Source of the DNA: a virus
Taxonomy: Duplodnaviria > Caudoviricetes
Strand: one strand, 5' to 3'
IMG/VR virus record: IMGVR_UViG_3300032227_000671
Location: 1-34,411 of that record
Length of the DNA stretch: 34,411 bases
Part shown: positions 17,914 to 26,517 of the stretch, piece by piece
Layout of the letters: every line of letters begins with the position of its first letter
Numbering within the stretch: position 1 is the stretch's first letter
Notes under the pieces: model-generated
Databases searched by the model: none
Told to the model about the DNA's origin: nothing
Seen by the model: the letters and a program-made list of their open reading frames with translations, nothing else
Made by a program: the position numbers and the translations under genes

Positions 17914-17988
17914 GCTGGTGCTCCTTGTAAATGAATAGCATTAGAGTAGTTGGGGAGGTGAGATTCCCGCGAACTACACTATTATTTA
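17914..17988 (-). promoter_or_regulatory. Late promoter plus structured 5' leader of the GIY-YIG gene
   Basis: GATAAATA, then GTAGTT..GGGA/TCCC..AACTAC stem, then ATGCT able to pair with the AAGGAGCA or AGCAT region. Confidence 0.6.
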
Positions 17989-19746
17989 TCATTTTTCAAT
18001 ACTTACGGAACTCTCATACGTAGTAAACCCACTCTCTTTGACAACTTTGAGAACATTTGGCACTCTGTTGATTAATTCTTCTTTATGACTAACTAACCAA
18101 ATAGATTTTTGCCTACGCCGTGACATCTCTTTAAGTATACTTAAAGAATTTTCAACACCTATACTATCAGTACCGTTGTCTAATAGTTCATCAATAAATA
18201 ATACATTGATTGGTGAATATAATGATTCCCAAACGTCACGAAAAGCCCAAGACAATGCTAATATAACTCTGTTCATCTCTCCCCTTGACAAATTATAGAA
18301 ATCCATTTCTCTGCCCAACTCAGTGATTTCAACCTGAAGATCATTTTGAAATACCACTTGATGCGGTAGACCAATCTTATCTAAATAATGAGTAAGCCTA
18401 CTATTAAGATAAGATAGATTTTGGTCAATAATCTTTTTGCGAACAAACGAATCTTTACTACTCAACAGGTCAAGTAGAAATTTCTGATGTTCTAATGTTT
18501 TCGTTAACCTATTGATATTATCAAAATCAATTTCTTGTAGAGCTTGACTCTCCATTTCATTAATCTGTTCATCATATGGGTCAACTTCGGCTGCTTTATT
18601 TTCTATTGAAACTAGAGTATTAGCAATCTGACTAGAATGTTTAACCGCCTCAGCCTCAGTTTTATAATGAGTAGTAGGTTTGGTACTGACAAACACTGGA
18701 TTATCTTCAAGAGATTTTACCATGGCTTCGAACTCATCCATATGTTTTTTACTCTCAGCCAATGATTCAATCTTTTTATTTAAGACTTCAGAATGAGATT
18801 CATCATGAAACTCTTGCCCACATGCATAGCACTTGTGTTCTTTAAGAGTTTTTACTTCAATATCTAGTTTAGTCCAAGCTTTCTTTTCTTTGGCTAGATC
18901 AGTCTTTGCTCTACTAAGATTATTTTCGTGTTCAGTTTGTAAACGAACCTGATCATTATAAATGACTAAATCTTTATGAGCCTGTAGTTCTTTATCTATG
19001 TCAATAGCACTTAACTTGGTATACTCAATAGCGAGTTTTTCCAAGTCTTCATCGTGCTTAGTTTTCCAAAGTCTCTGTCTACGCTTTAAACTTTCAATTT
19101 GTTCTTTAACACGCTTGTTGGCTTCTTCAATGGCTTTGACTTTGAATTCTTCGGATTGAATAGATTCTTTGCTTTCTTTAATTAGATTTTTAATCACCTC
19201 AGCTTTTTCGGAAAGAATAGTAATTCCCAAAAGCTGTTCAATGATGTTTTTTTGTTCGTTGGTTTTAAGAGCAAGAAATGGCTCACTATATGTATTCAGG
19301 GCAACGATATGTCTAAACATATCAGCCGACATATTGATAGTTCGTTCAATGGCGTACTGAGTTTCTTTATTTTCCCCTTGTGCATCATCGGTTGATTTTT
19401 GCAAATCATTGTTTACATAAAATCTTAGTACATTGGGTTTACGACCACGTTCAATCTTGTATTCAATGCCATTGACACTGAATTCAAGAGTGACCATCAT
19501 ACCCTTACCATTAGTACGATTAACTAAGTTATCTTTCCGAATGTTATTAATTGGAACACCAAACAGGGCATATGACAGTCCTTGAATCAGTGTGGTTTTA
19601 CCGGTGCCATTTCTAGCACCATCGCCGCCTAAATCTAAGTTTTCACCTAAGATAAGAGTCAACTCTTTACGATCAAAGTTTACTGCTTGTGTTACTTGCC
19701 CAATTGATAAAAAATTTCTAAGAGCAATATTTTTTAGTAAAATCAT
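17989..19746 (-). CDS. gp46: Recombination endonuclease ATPase subunit (gp46, Rad50/SbcC)
   Basis: NFLSIG, Walker A NGTGKTT, zinc hook CYAC, signature LSRGE, Walker B LFIDE, VSH. Confidence 0.95.
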   Translation of the reverse strand: MILLKNIALRNFLSIGQVTQAVNFDRKELTLILGENLDLGGDGARNGTGKTTLIQGLSYALFGVPINNIRKDNLVNRTNGKGMMVTLEFSVNGIEYKIERGRKPNVLRFYVNNDLQKSTDDAQGENKETQYAIERTINMSADMFRHIVALNTYSEPFLALKTNEQKNIIEQLLGITILSEKAEVIKNLIKESKESIQSEEFKVKAIEEANKRVKEQIESLKRRQRLWKTKHDEDLEKLAIEYTKLSAIDIDKELQAHKDLVIYNDQVRLQTEHENNLSRAKTDLAKEKKAWTKLDIEVKTLKEHKCYACGQEFHDESHSEVLNKKIESLAESKKHMDEFEAMVKSLEDNPVFVSTKPTTHYKTEAEAVKHSSQIANTLVSIENKAAEVDPYDEQINEMESQALQEIDFDNINRLTKTLEHQKFLLDLLSSKDSFVRKKIIDQNLSYLNSRLTHYLDKIGLPHQVVFQNDLQVEITELGREMDFYNLSRGEMNRVILALSWAFRDVWESLYSPINVLFIDELLDNGTDSIGVENSLSILKEMSRRRQKSIWLVSHKEELINRVPNVLKVVKESGFTTYESSVSIEK

Positions 19747-20759
19747 ATGTTGTTATAAATTTCTAACAAAAGGCGTTTGTCAAAACTCTCACTTTCAATA
19801 GCGTTAATGCTTTCTAAAACAATTTGGTCAACTGATTCAAATTTCATTCCATCAGCGTTTTGATATTGTTCTACTTGGTCTACTTTTATGGGTATCAAAG
19901 CCATTTCTCTTAGTTTATGTTCGGGAATTAATGTTTCACGAATGAAGTTTGCTTCTTCGTATGAAATGTCTATATCTAAATGCACTCTAACATGCGAGTC
20001 AGGTAATAGCAAACCTTTAGGGTTTTCCAATACATCACTTAGCTTATAGACTCTAAATAAAGGTTGATTGGGCCAGCTATGAAATTCAGGCTCTTCGCCC
20101 CATTTCAATATCATCATGCCACGTTGGTCATCTCCTGCATCAGCATAGTTATGTGGGAAGGCATTACCAATATACCAAATGTTCTTGCGAGCCTGTCGTT
20201 TATGAAAATGCCCTGAGAAAACTTTTTCAAAGCCCTCTACATGTCCATCATTGATTTCACCATGATCGGGCATTGCTATTTGAGCATTCATAAAAAAATG
20301 AGGCAACTCAAGATGGGCAAAAAGATATTTCCCAGATAATTTCGCTAACTTTTTGTAATCGTTGCCTACTAACCAAGGAGCAATAACACAGTCACCTGCT
20401 TGAAACCAATCATTGACAATAGTGATATTTGGCAAATGTTTAGCCCATTCTACAGAATGAATGTCACGCCTGTCCCTATAATATAAATCGTGGTTACCAG
20501 GAACAAAATATACCTGTTGAAAGTTTTCACTTAGCAATTCTAAACTTCGTAAGCCAAACTGAAGAGTCTGTATGTTAATGCTTGCTCGGTGATGATTCCA
20601 ATCACCTAAGAACAAGCAAGTTTCACACCCTTCTTGTTTGGCTTTCTCTACAAACCAACTGACAAAATTGATACAATCAGTGTTGTGAACCAAAGAATTA
20701 GACTTGTTGCCATAATGTATGTCCGTGAAAACCGCTGCTTTTTTAAATAGATTACTCAT
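19743..20759 (-). CDS. gp47: Recombination endonuclease nuclease subunit (gp47, Mre11/SbcD)
   Basis: TDIHYG, LGD, GNHD and SGHFH metallophosphoesterase motifs. Confidence 0.95.
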   Translation of the reverse strand: MSNLFKKAAVFTDIHYGNKSNSLVHNTDCINFVSWFVEKAKQEGCETCLFLGDWNHHRASINIQTLQFGLRSLELLSENFQQVYFVPGNHDLYYRDRRDIHSVEWAKHLPNITIVNDWFQAGDCVIAPWLVGNDYKKLAKLSGKYLFAHLELPHFFMNAQIAMPDHGEINDGHVEGFEKVFSGHFHKRQARKNIWYIGNAFPHNYADAGDDQRGMMILKWGEEPEFHSWPNQPLFRVYKLSDVLENPKGLLLPDSHVRVHLDIDISYEEANFIRETLIPEHKLREMALIPIKVDQVEQYQNADGMKFESVDQIVLESINAIESESFDKRLLLEIYNNI

Positions 20760-20765
20760 CCACTG

Positions 20766-20795
20766 ATTATATCTTATTCTTGACTATCTAGTCAA
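20766..20795 (-). promoter_or_regulatory. Sigma70-type promoter for gp47-gp46 with a palindrome over the -35
   Basis: TTGACT-N18-TATAAT; palindrome TTGACTA-GA-TAGTCAA at 20780-20795. Confidence 0.7.
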
Positions 20796-20808
20796 TTATA
20801 TTGGTTGC

Positions 20809-21720
20809 CTATTCTTCGTATACGTTAATTTGCGGACCATTTGAAATACCTTGACGAGACCATGAGGGGTTCAACCCATTCATTTCTAGGATATCATCCC
20901 GAATATTTTGGTTTCTTTTTTCTGTATTCAAAACTCTACAAAAGGAATTTGTAATAGCAGCGGTATAATATGCAAACGGGTTCGCACTTTTAGATTCGTT
21001 AAATCGTAGACCCACATAGGTAAGTTGAAGTATAGCACTATTTTTCATTTCATCATTATAGGTATATCCACGCCAGTTGTATTTCATAGCGTATTTTTCA
21101 CACATCATGATATACATTCTAGCTAATTTATCAGTGATCTGTCCATGATCCTTACTGAAATGTCCAGTTACTAAATCACCTTTCCAATGAGAATGCCCGA
21201 TACAATAAAATTCATTTTGTTCGTTAATCTTATAATGCTTGAAGGGTGGAAAGTTTACTTTGACATGAATCATATCATCTACTTCAGCCTGAGTAGTAAC
21301 ATCTTCTAAATCTGCGAAAATTTCATCAGGATCAGTTTCATCAAATTCAAAAATATCTTTGGCAGTTTTCTTTTTTATTGTTTTTCGAGGTTGTTTTTGA
21401 GAAACTGGAATGTGATCCCAAGTCATAACTCTAAACACTAAATCTGTAACTGGAATGCTCATTGGATCTACGGAGTCTTTTACTCCTGCTTCAATGCTAA
21501 GCCTAGTGGCTCTTGTTTCACGAGCAGTTTGGATTATATCTTTAATAGTTTCGTTATTGATGATTTCTTCTATTGAAGATTGGGGCATGTCTATGATGTA
21601 ATCATATCGGTGATATTCTTTATTTTCAAAGTAGCAATATGTATTTTTGCTTTCGTGAATTTCTTTTAAAATATCTTTATTATTTAGGTAGTTAACCGGT
21701 TTTTTTGTAGTGATTGACAT
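20809..21720 (-). CDS. gp55: Late transcription sigma factor (gp55-like)
   Basis: NYLNNKDIL at the N-terminus; NWRGYTYNDEM and NPFAYYT..I.NSF...L..EK; adjacent to gp47 as in T4-like phages. Confidence 0.85.
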   Translation of the reverse strand: MSITTKKPVNYLNNKDILKEIHESKNTYCYFENKEYHRYDYIIDMPQSSIEEIINNETIKDIIQTARETRATRLSIEAGVKDSVDPMSIPVTDLVFRVMTWDHIPVSQKQPRKTIKKKTAKDIFEFDETDPDEIFADLEDVTTQAEVDDMIHVKVNFPPFKHYKINEQNEFYCIGHSHWKGDLVTGHFSKDHGQITDKLARMYIMMCEKYAMKYNWRGYTYNDEMKNSAILQLTYVGLRFNESKSANPFAYYTAAITNSFCRVLNTEKRNQNIRDDILEMNGLNPSWSRQGISNGPQINVYEE

Positions 21721-21747
21721 AGGGTCCTTGTTATTTTGCTATTGTAG

Positions 21748-21778
21748 AGTATAGCATGTTTGTTGCAGAATAGCAACA
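21748..21778 (-). promoter_or_regulatory. Sigma70-type promoter for gp55 with extended -10 and a palindrome over the -35
   Basis: TTGCTA-N17-TATACT with TG at the extended position; TGTTGC-N6-GCAACA at 21761-21778. Confidence 0.65.
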
Positions 21779-21844
21779 TCGAGTGGATCAAACGGTAAAA
21801 GCAATATTATTATTTATCTTCTAAAAGTCAATGTTTTTTGATAC

Positions 21845-21850
21845 TAAATA
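21845..21850 (+). promoter_or_regulatory. Late promoter CTAAATA for the baseplate operon
   Basis: Followed by AAGGA and ATG 21871. Confidence 0.6.
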
Positions 21851-21870
21851 GTAATAAGGATAATAATATT

Positions 21871-23577
21871 ATGGCAGACGTAAAAACAGCGGCGGAATGG
21901 CAACAAGTTGCCGACAATGCACAAGCTGAATTAACACCATTACTAGCACAGAAGGCTGCGGCTCAAGAATCTGCCAAAGCTGCGGTCGCCGCCGCAGAAG
22001 CAGAAGTTAAAAATCTAAAACAGGCTGCTAGGACTGAAAACTTTCCAAATTTACAAACTCCAGAGGGCAAGGCTGCATTTGACGCGGCTAGAGCAGCAGT
22101 AAAAGCAGCCCAAGCTAAAGTAGAAGAAGCCAAAGCGGCTGAGTACAAAGCAGGACTGCCATATTTAGAACAAACTAACCAACTGCTCAGCACTAGGGAT
22201 TATGCGGCTGCTCAAGCAAGATTTGCAGAGGCAGGGGCAAAGGTCGCGCCACCCGATACATCTACAATCACTCCGCCCGCCAACCCACAACCCGGTAGTA
22301 ACACTGAGGTCACTACCACTCCTACGCCTCTAATTCAAAATCAAACACCGCGTGATGTACCATTAGACCCAAATCGTCCAGTTACACTTGAGGAAATACG
22401 TGCACGTGGTCCCGTGTCGATCACCGGTCTACCCCCAGCTGAAGTACAAACTGCCTCGATCTTGCCCCCTAATGTTACAACGATTGATACAAATATTGCT
22501 GGAATGGCATCAGAACCATTTTATGAAGTAGTTGAACCACAGAAAACCGCAGATGCATATCAAGATGAATTTGCAGGTGTTGATGACGCAATAGCTCAGC
22601 AAAAAACTATAGACATTAATACTTCAGGTTTACCGGTACAGGCTGAAGATGGTTCGGTAGCCTCAGGTGTACTTATTAATCCTGAAACAGGACAAACTTA
22701 TTATACAGGATTACAAGGAGCTAGGACAAATGCTCAATCTGAATCTACGGCACAAAATCAGGCTAATTTTGCTATTAAGGAAGATTGGCGTGTTAGATTA
22801 AGCCTAGCCCCTAATTCAGGTTATCTTTATCAAGCAGCAGAAGTTCCAGGTATACTACAACCTTTGATAACAACCAATGGTGTAGTTTTTCCATATACAC
22901 CGAATATACAGATTCAATATAGCGCACACTATGATAATTATGATTTAATCCATAGTAATTATAAAATATATCAATATAAAAACAGTTCAGTAGACACTGT
23001 TACGATTTCTTGTGATTTTACCGCGCAAGATACGGCTGAGGCGAATTATTTACTTGCTGTAATACATTTCTTTAAATCGGTCACTAAAATGTTTTATGGA
23101 CAAGATTCAATTCCTAAAATTGGAACACCTCCTCCCCTATGCTTCTTGTCAGGATTAGGATCTTTTCAATTTGATAACCATCCATTAGTTATAACAAATT
23201 TTGCTTATAATTTACCCACTGATGTAGATTATATACGATCATCCGCTAGTGTAACGACAGTAGCAGGGGTAAATAAATCACCTGCTCAACAACCAAATAA
23301 TACAAATGCTATAAGTGATGCCAGATTAGCTGGCAACGGCGGCAAAATAGGTAGAGGTGGTGTAACACCTAATCCAAATTTTTCATCAACCACTTCAATA
23401 CAAACACCGTCTGCCTCATCAAGAACACCAACATATGTGCCTACAAAAATGAGTCTAACAATAACTGCAAACCCAATTGTAACAAGAAATGATATTAGTA
23501 ATAGATTTAGTTTACGAGATTATGCAACTGGTAAATTGTTGCAAGGTAAACAAAATGCAACTGTGGGTATTTGGTAA
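21871..23577 (+). CDS. Baseplate/tail tube initiator-like protein (gp48/gp54-like) with a long N-terminal extension
   Basis: DWRVRLSL, GVVFPYTPNI, GTPPPLCFL and YVPTK in the C-terminal half; ATG 21871 has an RBS and promoter (the track starts at TTG 21838). Confidence 0.6.
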   Translation: MADVKTAAEWQQVADNAQAELTPLLAQKAAAQESAKAAVAAAEAEVKNLKQAARTENFPNLQTPEGKAAFDAARAAVKAAQAKVEEAKAAEYKAGLPYLEQTNQLLSTRDYAAAQARFAEAGAKVAPPDTSTITPPANPQPGSNTEVTTTPTPLIQNQTPRDVPLDPNRPVTLEEIRARGPVSITGLPPAEVQTASILPPNVTTIDTNIAGMASEPFYEVVEPQKTADAYQDEFAGVDDAIAQQKTIDINTSGLPVQAEDGSVASGVLINPETGQTYYTGLQGARTNAQSESTAQNQANFAIKEDWRVRLSLAPNSGYLYQAAEVPGILQPLITTNGVVFPYTPNIQIQYSAHYDNYDLIHSNYKIYQYKNSSVDTVTISCDFTAQDTAEANYLLAVIHFFKSVTKMFYGQDSIPKIGTPPPLCFLSGLGSFQFDNHPLVITNFAYNLPTDVDYIRSSASVTTVAGVNKSPAQQPNNTNAISDARLAGNGGKIGRGGVTPNPNFSSTTSIQTPSASSRTPTYVPTKMSLTITANPIVTRNDISNRFSLRDYATGKLLQGKQNATVGIW

Positions 23578-23888
23578 TGGCTGTTAATAGTTTATACCCA
23601 TCAACTAGTCCTTACAATGTTACAGACATTGTTAATAATAGTTATTTGGATATTATGATTAATATCCCTATTCCAATGGTTCCTAGTGATATATATTTTG
23701 AAATTACTACAGTTTATCAATATAGACCTGATATGTTAGCGTATGATTTATATGGTGATTCTAGATTATGGTGGGTTTTCGCACAAAGAAATCCAAATAG
23801 ATTAAAAGACCCTTATTTTGATTTTGTAGCTGGTTTGAGCATTTATATACCTAAATTAGAATTGTTGAAACAAGTACTGGGAATTTAA
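23577..23888 (+). CDS. Baseplate wedge protein, LysM-like (gp53-like)
   Basis: YRPDMLAYDLYGDSRLWWVF motif; TAATG coupling with the upstream stop. Confidence 0.8.
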   Translation: MAVNSLYPSTSPYNVTDIVNNSYLDIMINIPIPMVPSDIYFEITTVYQYRPDMLAYDLYGDSRLWWVFAQRNPNRLKDPYFDFVAGLSIYIPKLELLKQVLGI

Positions 23889-26465
23889 ATGGCTAATGAA
23901 GATCCAATACTACTTAATCCATCTACCGACACTGAACAACAAAATAGACAATATGTGGCATCAGGCGGAGCTGATGGCGATTCAGGTACAGAAAGCACTG
24001 GATCAGGTGATAGAGCAAACACCGTGCAAGGGTCATCCGCTGCAAATGCGGGTGGTACAACACAAGCAGGTAAAGCCGAAACCCCAACTGCCACTGTATA
24101 TCAGGCAACACCCGGTAAAAGACCATTTAATCCCTTAGGACAATTTTCTAGTTATACCTACCAAATTACCCTTTACATGATTTCTCCTGACGCATATGAC
24201 AGATTCATAGATTCAGGACGTCAAAAATTAGATGTATTAAATCAATCATCTGCTAAAGGACAAGGTGGAGCATTAATAATTTGTCAAAGTGGTGGAATTA
24301 ATAATTCTAGTACTAAAAGAGCACGTGGATTTGTATATGATTTTTATATAGATGATTTAAAAATTGACTCTGCTGTAAATGGAAAAAGCACTCAAAGTGC
24401 AACCAACGTAACTGATATTACTTTTAATATTATTGAACCAATGGGGTTTTCTTTTATTACTAATTTAAAACGAGCAGCAGATCAACTACAAGAATATAGT
24501 AAAACTAAGAATTATAAAGATTTACAAAATCCCACTAGACAATTCTATATTTTGGGTCTTAGATTTCAAGGTTATGATAAAGATGGGAATATCATGACCG
24601 GTAAAGAAAAATTTTTAGATCAACAACTAGATCCATCACAAAGTGATAACTCTAGTGGAATTTTTGAAAGATATTATGATATTATTATTCGTGGTATTAA
24701 ATTTAAAATTAATGGTCAAGCCACAGTATATAATATATCTGCGAATTCAATCCCTCCGGGTATAGCTATGGGGTTAAAGCGTGGATTTTCTACTAAAGAT
24801 ATACAGGTTACTTCTGGTACAGTTGGCGGCGCCGTAACTCAATTTTTAGATATTCTATCTAAAGAGCAAGAAGTCATGTTGAATAAAAATCAGATTACAA
24901 TTAAAAATACATATAATGTGGTATTTGAAGATTCAGAAATAGCTAATGCTAGTATAGTTAATAAAGCTGATTTAATCAAATTTTCTTATCGAATGCCTGT
25001 ACAAAAGACATCTCAATCAACTGAGGCTGCTGCTAGTAGACAGAATAAACCAGTTGATCCCAATGAAAAAAGATTAACATTTGCAACTAATACGCCTATT
25101 CTTCAAGCTATTGAAAATATTATTTCTAATAGTTCTTACATGAGAAATGCTGTTGAATCGGTATATTCTAATAATCCAAATACATCTGATAAACTTTTAA
25201 AGAATCCCGATGAAGCTATAATAAGTTGGTATAATATTAGTGTAAAAGTAAATAATGCAGAGTGGGATCCCCAAGTAGGTGATTATGCATTTAATATAAC
25301 ATACTTTATTAAAAAATATGTAACTCCTATCGTTTTAAGTGCTTATGCTAAAATTGCACCTAAGTATTATGGCCCCCATAAAGTCTATGAATATTGGTAT
25401 ACTGGAGAAAATAGAGAAATATTAAGTTATGAACAATCATTAGATAATGCGTATTTTAATGTGGCAGTCGTTCCGTCTGGCACAGGTAAATCACAAGGTG
25501 GTCCAGTTGATATACCCACTGTACCGGATAAGCGAACTGATCAATCTAGACTAGGTGCGGTAGACAAAAATTTAGAGACTATAAACACTTATGTCACTTC
25601 ATTGTATGATCCTGGATCATATGCTAAAGTAAAAGTGACTATAATAGGCGACCCGGATTTTCTAATGCAAGATTCTCCAGGCAGTGTCAAAGCCGTATAT
25701 GATAGATTTTACGGGGATGATGGATTTACTGTCAATCCCAACGGTGGACAAGTTTTTATAGAAATAAATTTTAAAGAAGCTGATGATTACGATACCAATA
25801 CGGGTGTGCTATCTATAAACGAGAGTATTAGATTTTGGGCATATCCCAGTGAAATACAAAACAGAGTCAAAGGTGTAAGTTATATGGTTTTAAGAGTGAT
25901 TAGTAACTTCAAGGGAGGTAAATTTACACAGGATTTGGAATGTCTGATTAACACATTCCCTGATCCGACTGTTGCTAGCCAAAATGCTAGACCAGCCGAT
26001 CCTTATGCTAACGAAACCGCTAAATTTGCTAGACAAGGTACTAGATCAGTCAATCCTAATGCCAATGAATTTGAAATAAGTGGATCCCAAGCTACTTCAC
26101 CATACGCACCACTAGGAACTGGTAATACATCTACTGGATTAAAATCTGCTGATATTATAGACTCTGCTCTCAATAGGGTAGAGTCTACTGAATTAGTGAA
26201 TGTGACCAATTCTATTATACCATCTTCTGCCATTACATCTCCCACTGGAGGGTTACCTAATGCAGGATTGATAATATTAGATGGTGATGCTGAAGGCACT
26301 ACACCTACGCCTATTCCTGAACAGGGTAGAGAAGTTAATAGAAGTAATAAGGTTCGATCCCTGTCTTCTCCTTCTAGGTATGATGTAATACGGGCAGAGA
26401 CTGCACAACGACAGTCAGAGACTCTATCTGCTATTGAAAGACTTAAAAGAAACTTGGGACAATAA
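23889..26465 (+). CDS. Baseplate hub-like protein (gp27/gpD-like)
   Basis: Lies between gp53- and gp5-like genes; VTIIGDPDFL and Y.V..V.S.F.GGKFTQ.L hub-type C-terminal motifs. Confidence 0.6.
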   Translation: MANEDPILLNPSTDTEQQNRQYVASGGADGDSGTESTGSGDRANTVQGSSAANAGGTTQAGKAETPTATVYQATPGKRPFNPLGQFSSYTYQITLYMISPDAYDRFIDSGRQKLDVLNQSSAKGQGGALIICQSGGINNSSTKRARGFVYDFYIDDLKIDSAVNGKSTQSATNVTDITFNIIEPMGFSFITNLKRAADQLQEYSKTKNYKDLQNPTRQFYILGLRFQGYDKDGNIMTGKEKFLDQQLDPSQSDNSSGIFERYYDIIIRGIKFKINGQATVYNISANSIPPGIAMGLKRGFSTKDIQVTSGTVGGAVTQFLDILSKEQEVMLNKNQITIKNTYNVVFEDSEIANASIVNKADLIKFSYRMPVQKTSQSTEAAASRQNKPVDPNEKRLTFATNTPILQAIENIISNSSYMRNAVESVYSNNPNTSDKLLKNPDEAIISWYNISVKVNNAEWDPQVGDYAFNITYFIKKYVTPIVLSAYAKIAPKYYGPHKVYEYWYTGENREILSYEQSLDNAYFNVAVVPSGTGKSQGGPVDIPTVPDKRTDQSRLGAVDKNLETINTYVTSLYDPGSYAKVKVTIIGDPDFLMQDSPGSVKAVYDRFYGDDGFTVNPNGGQVFIEINFKEADDYDTNTGVLSINESIRFWAYPSEIQNRVKGVSYMVLRVISNFKGGKFTQDLECLINTFPDPTVASQNARPADPYANETAKFARQGTRSVNPNANEFEISGSQATSPYAPLGTGNTSTGLKSADIIDSALNRVESTELVNVTNSIIPSSAITSPTGGLPNAGLIILDGDAEGTTPTPIPEQGREVNRSNKVRSLSSPSRYDVIRAETAQRQSETLSAIERLKRNLGQ

Positions 26466-26517
26466 TAAATTAAATGTTAGGTATTATACCAACACTATAC
26501 AACGGAGTTAAAAAATA

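Noticed and set aside
26475-26494. Small hairpin tgttaggta-tta-taccaaca upstream of the gp5-like gene
   Set aside because: Weak stem without a U tract; not supportable as a terminator.
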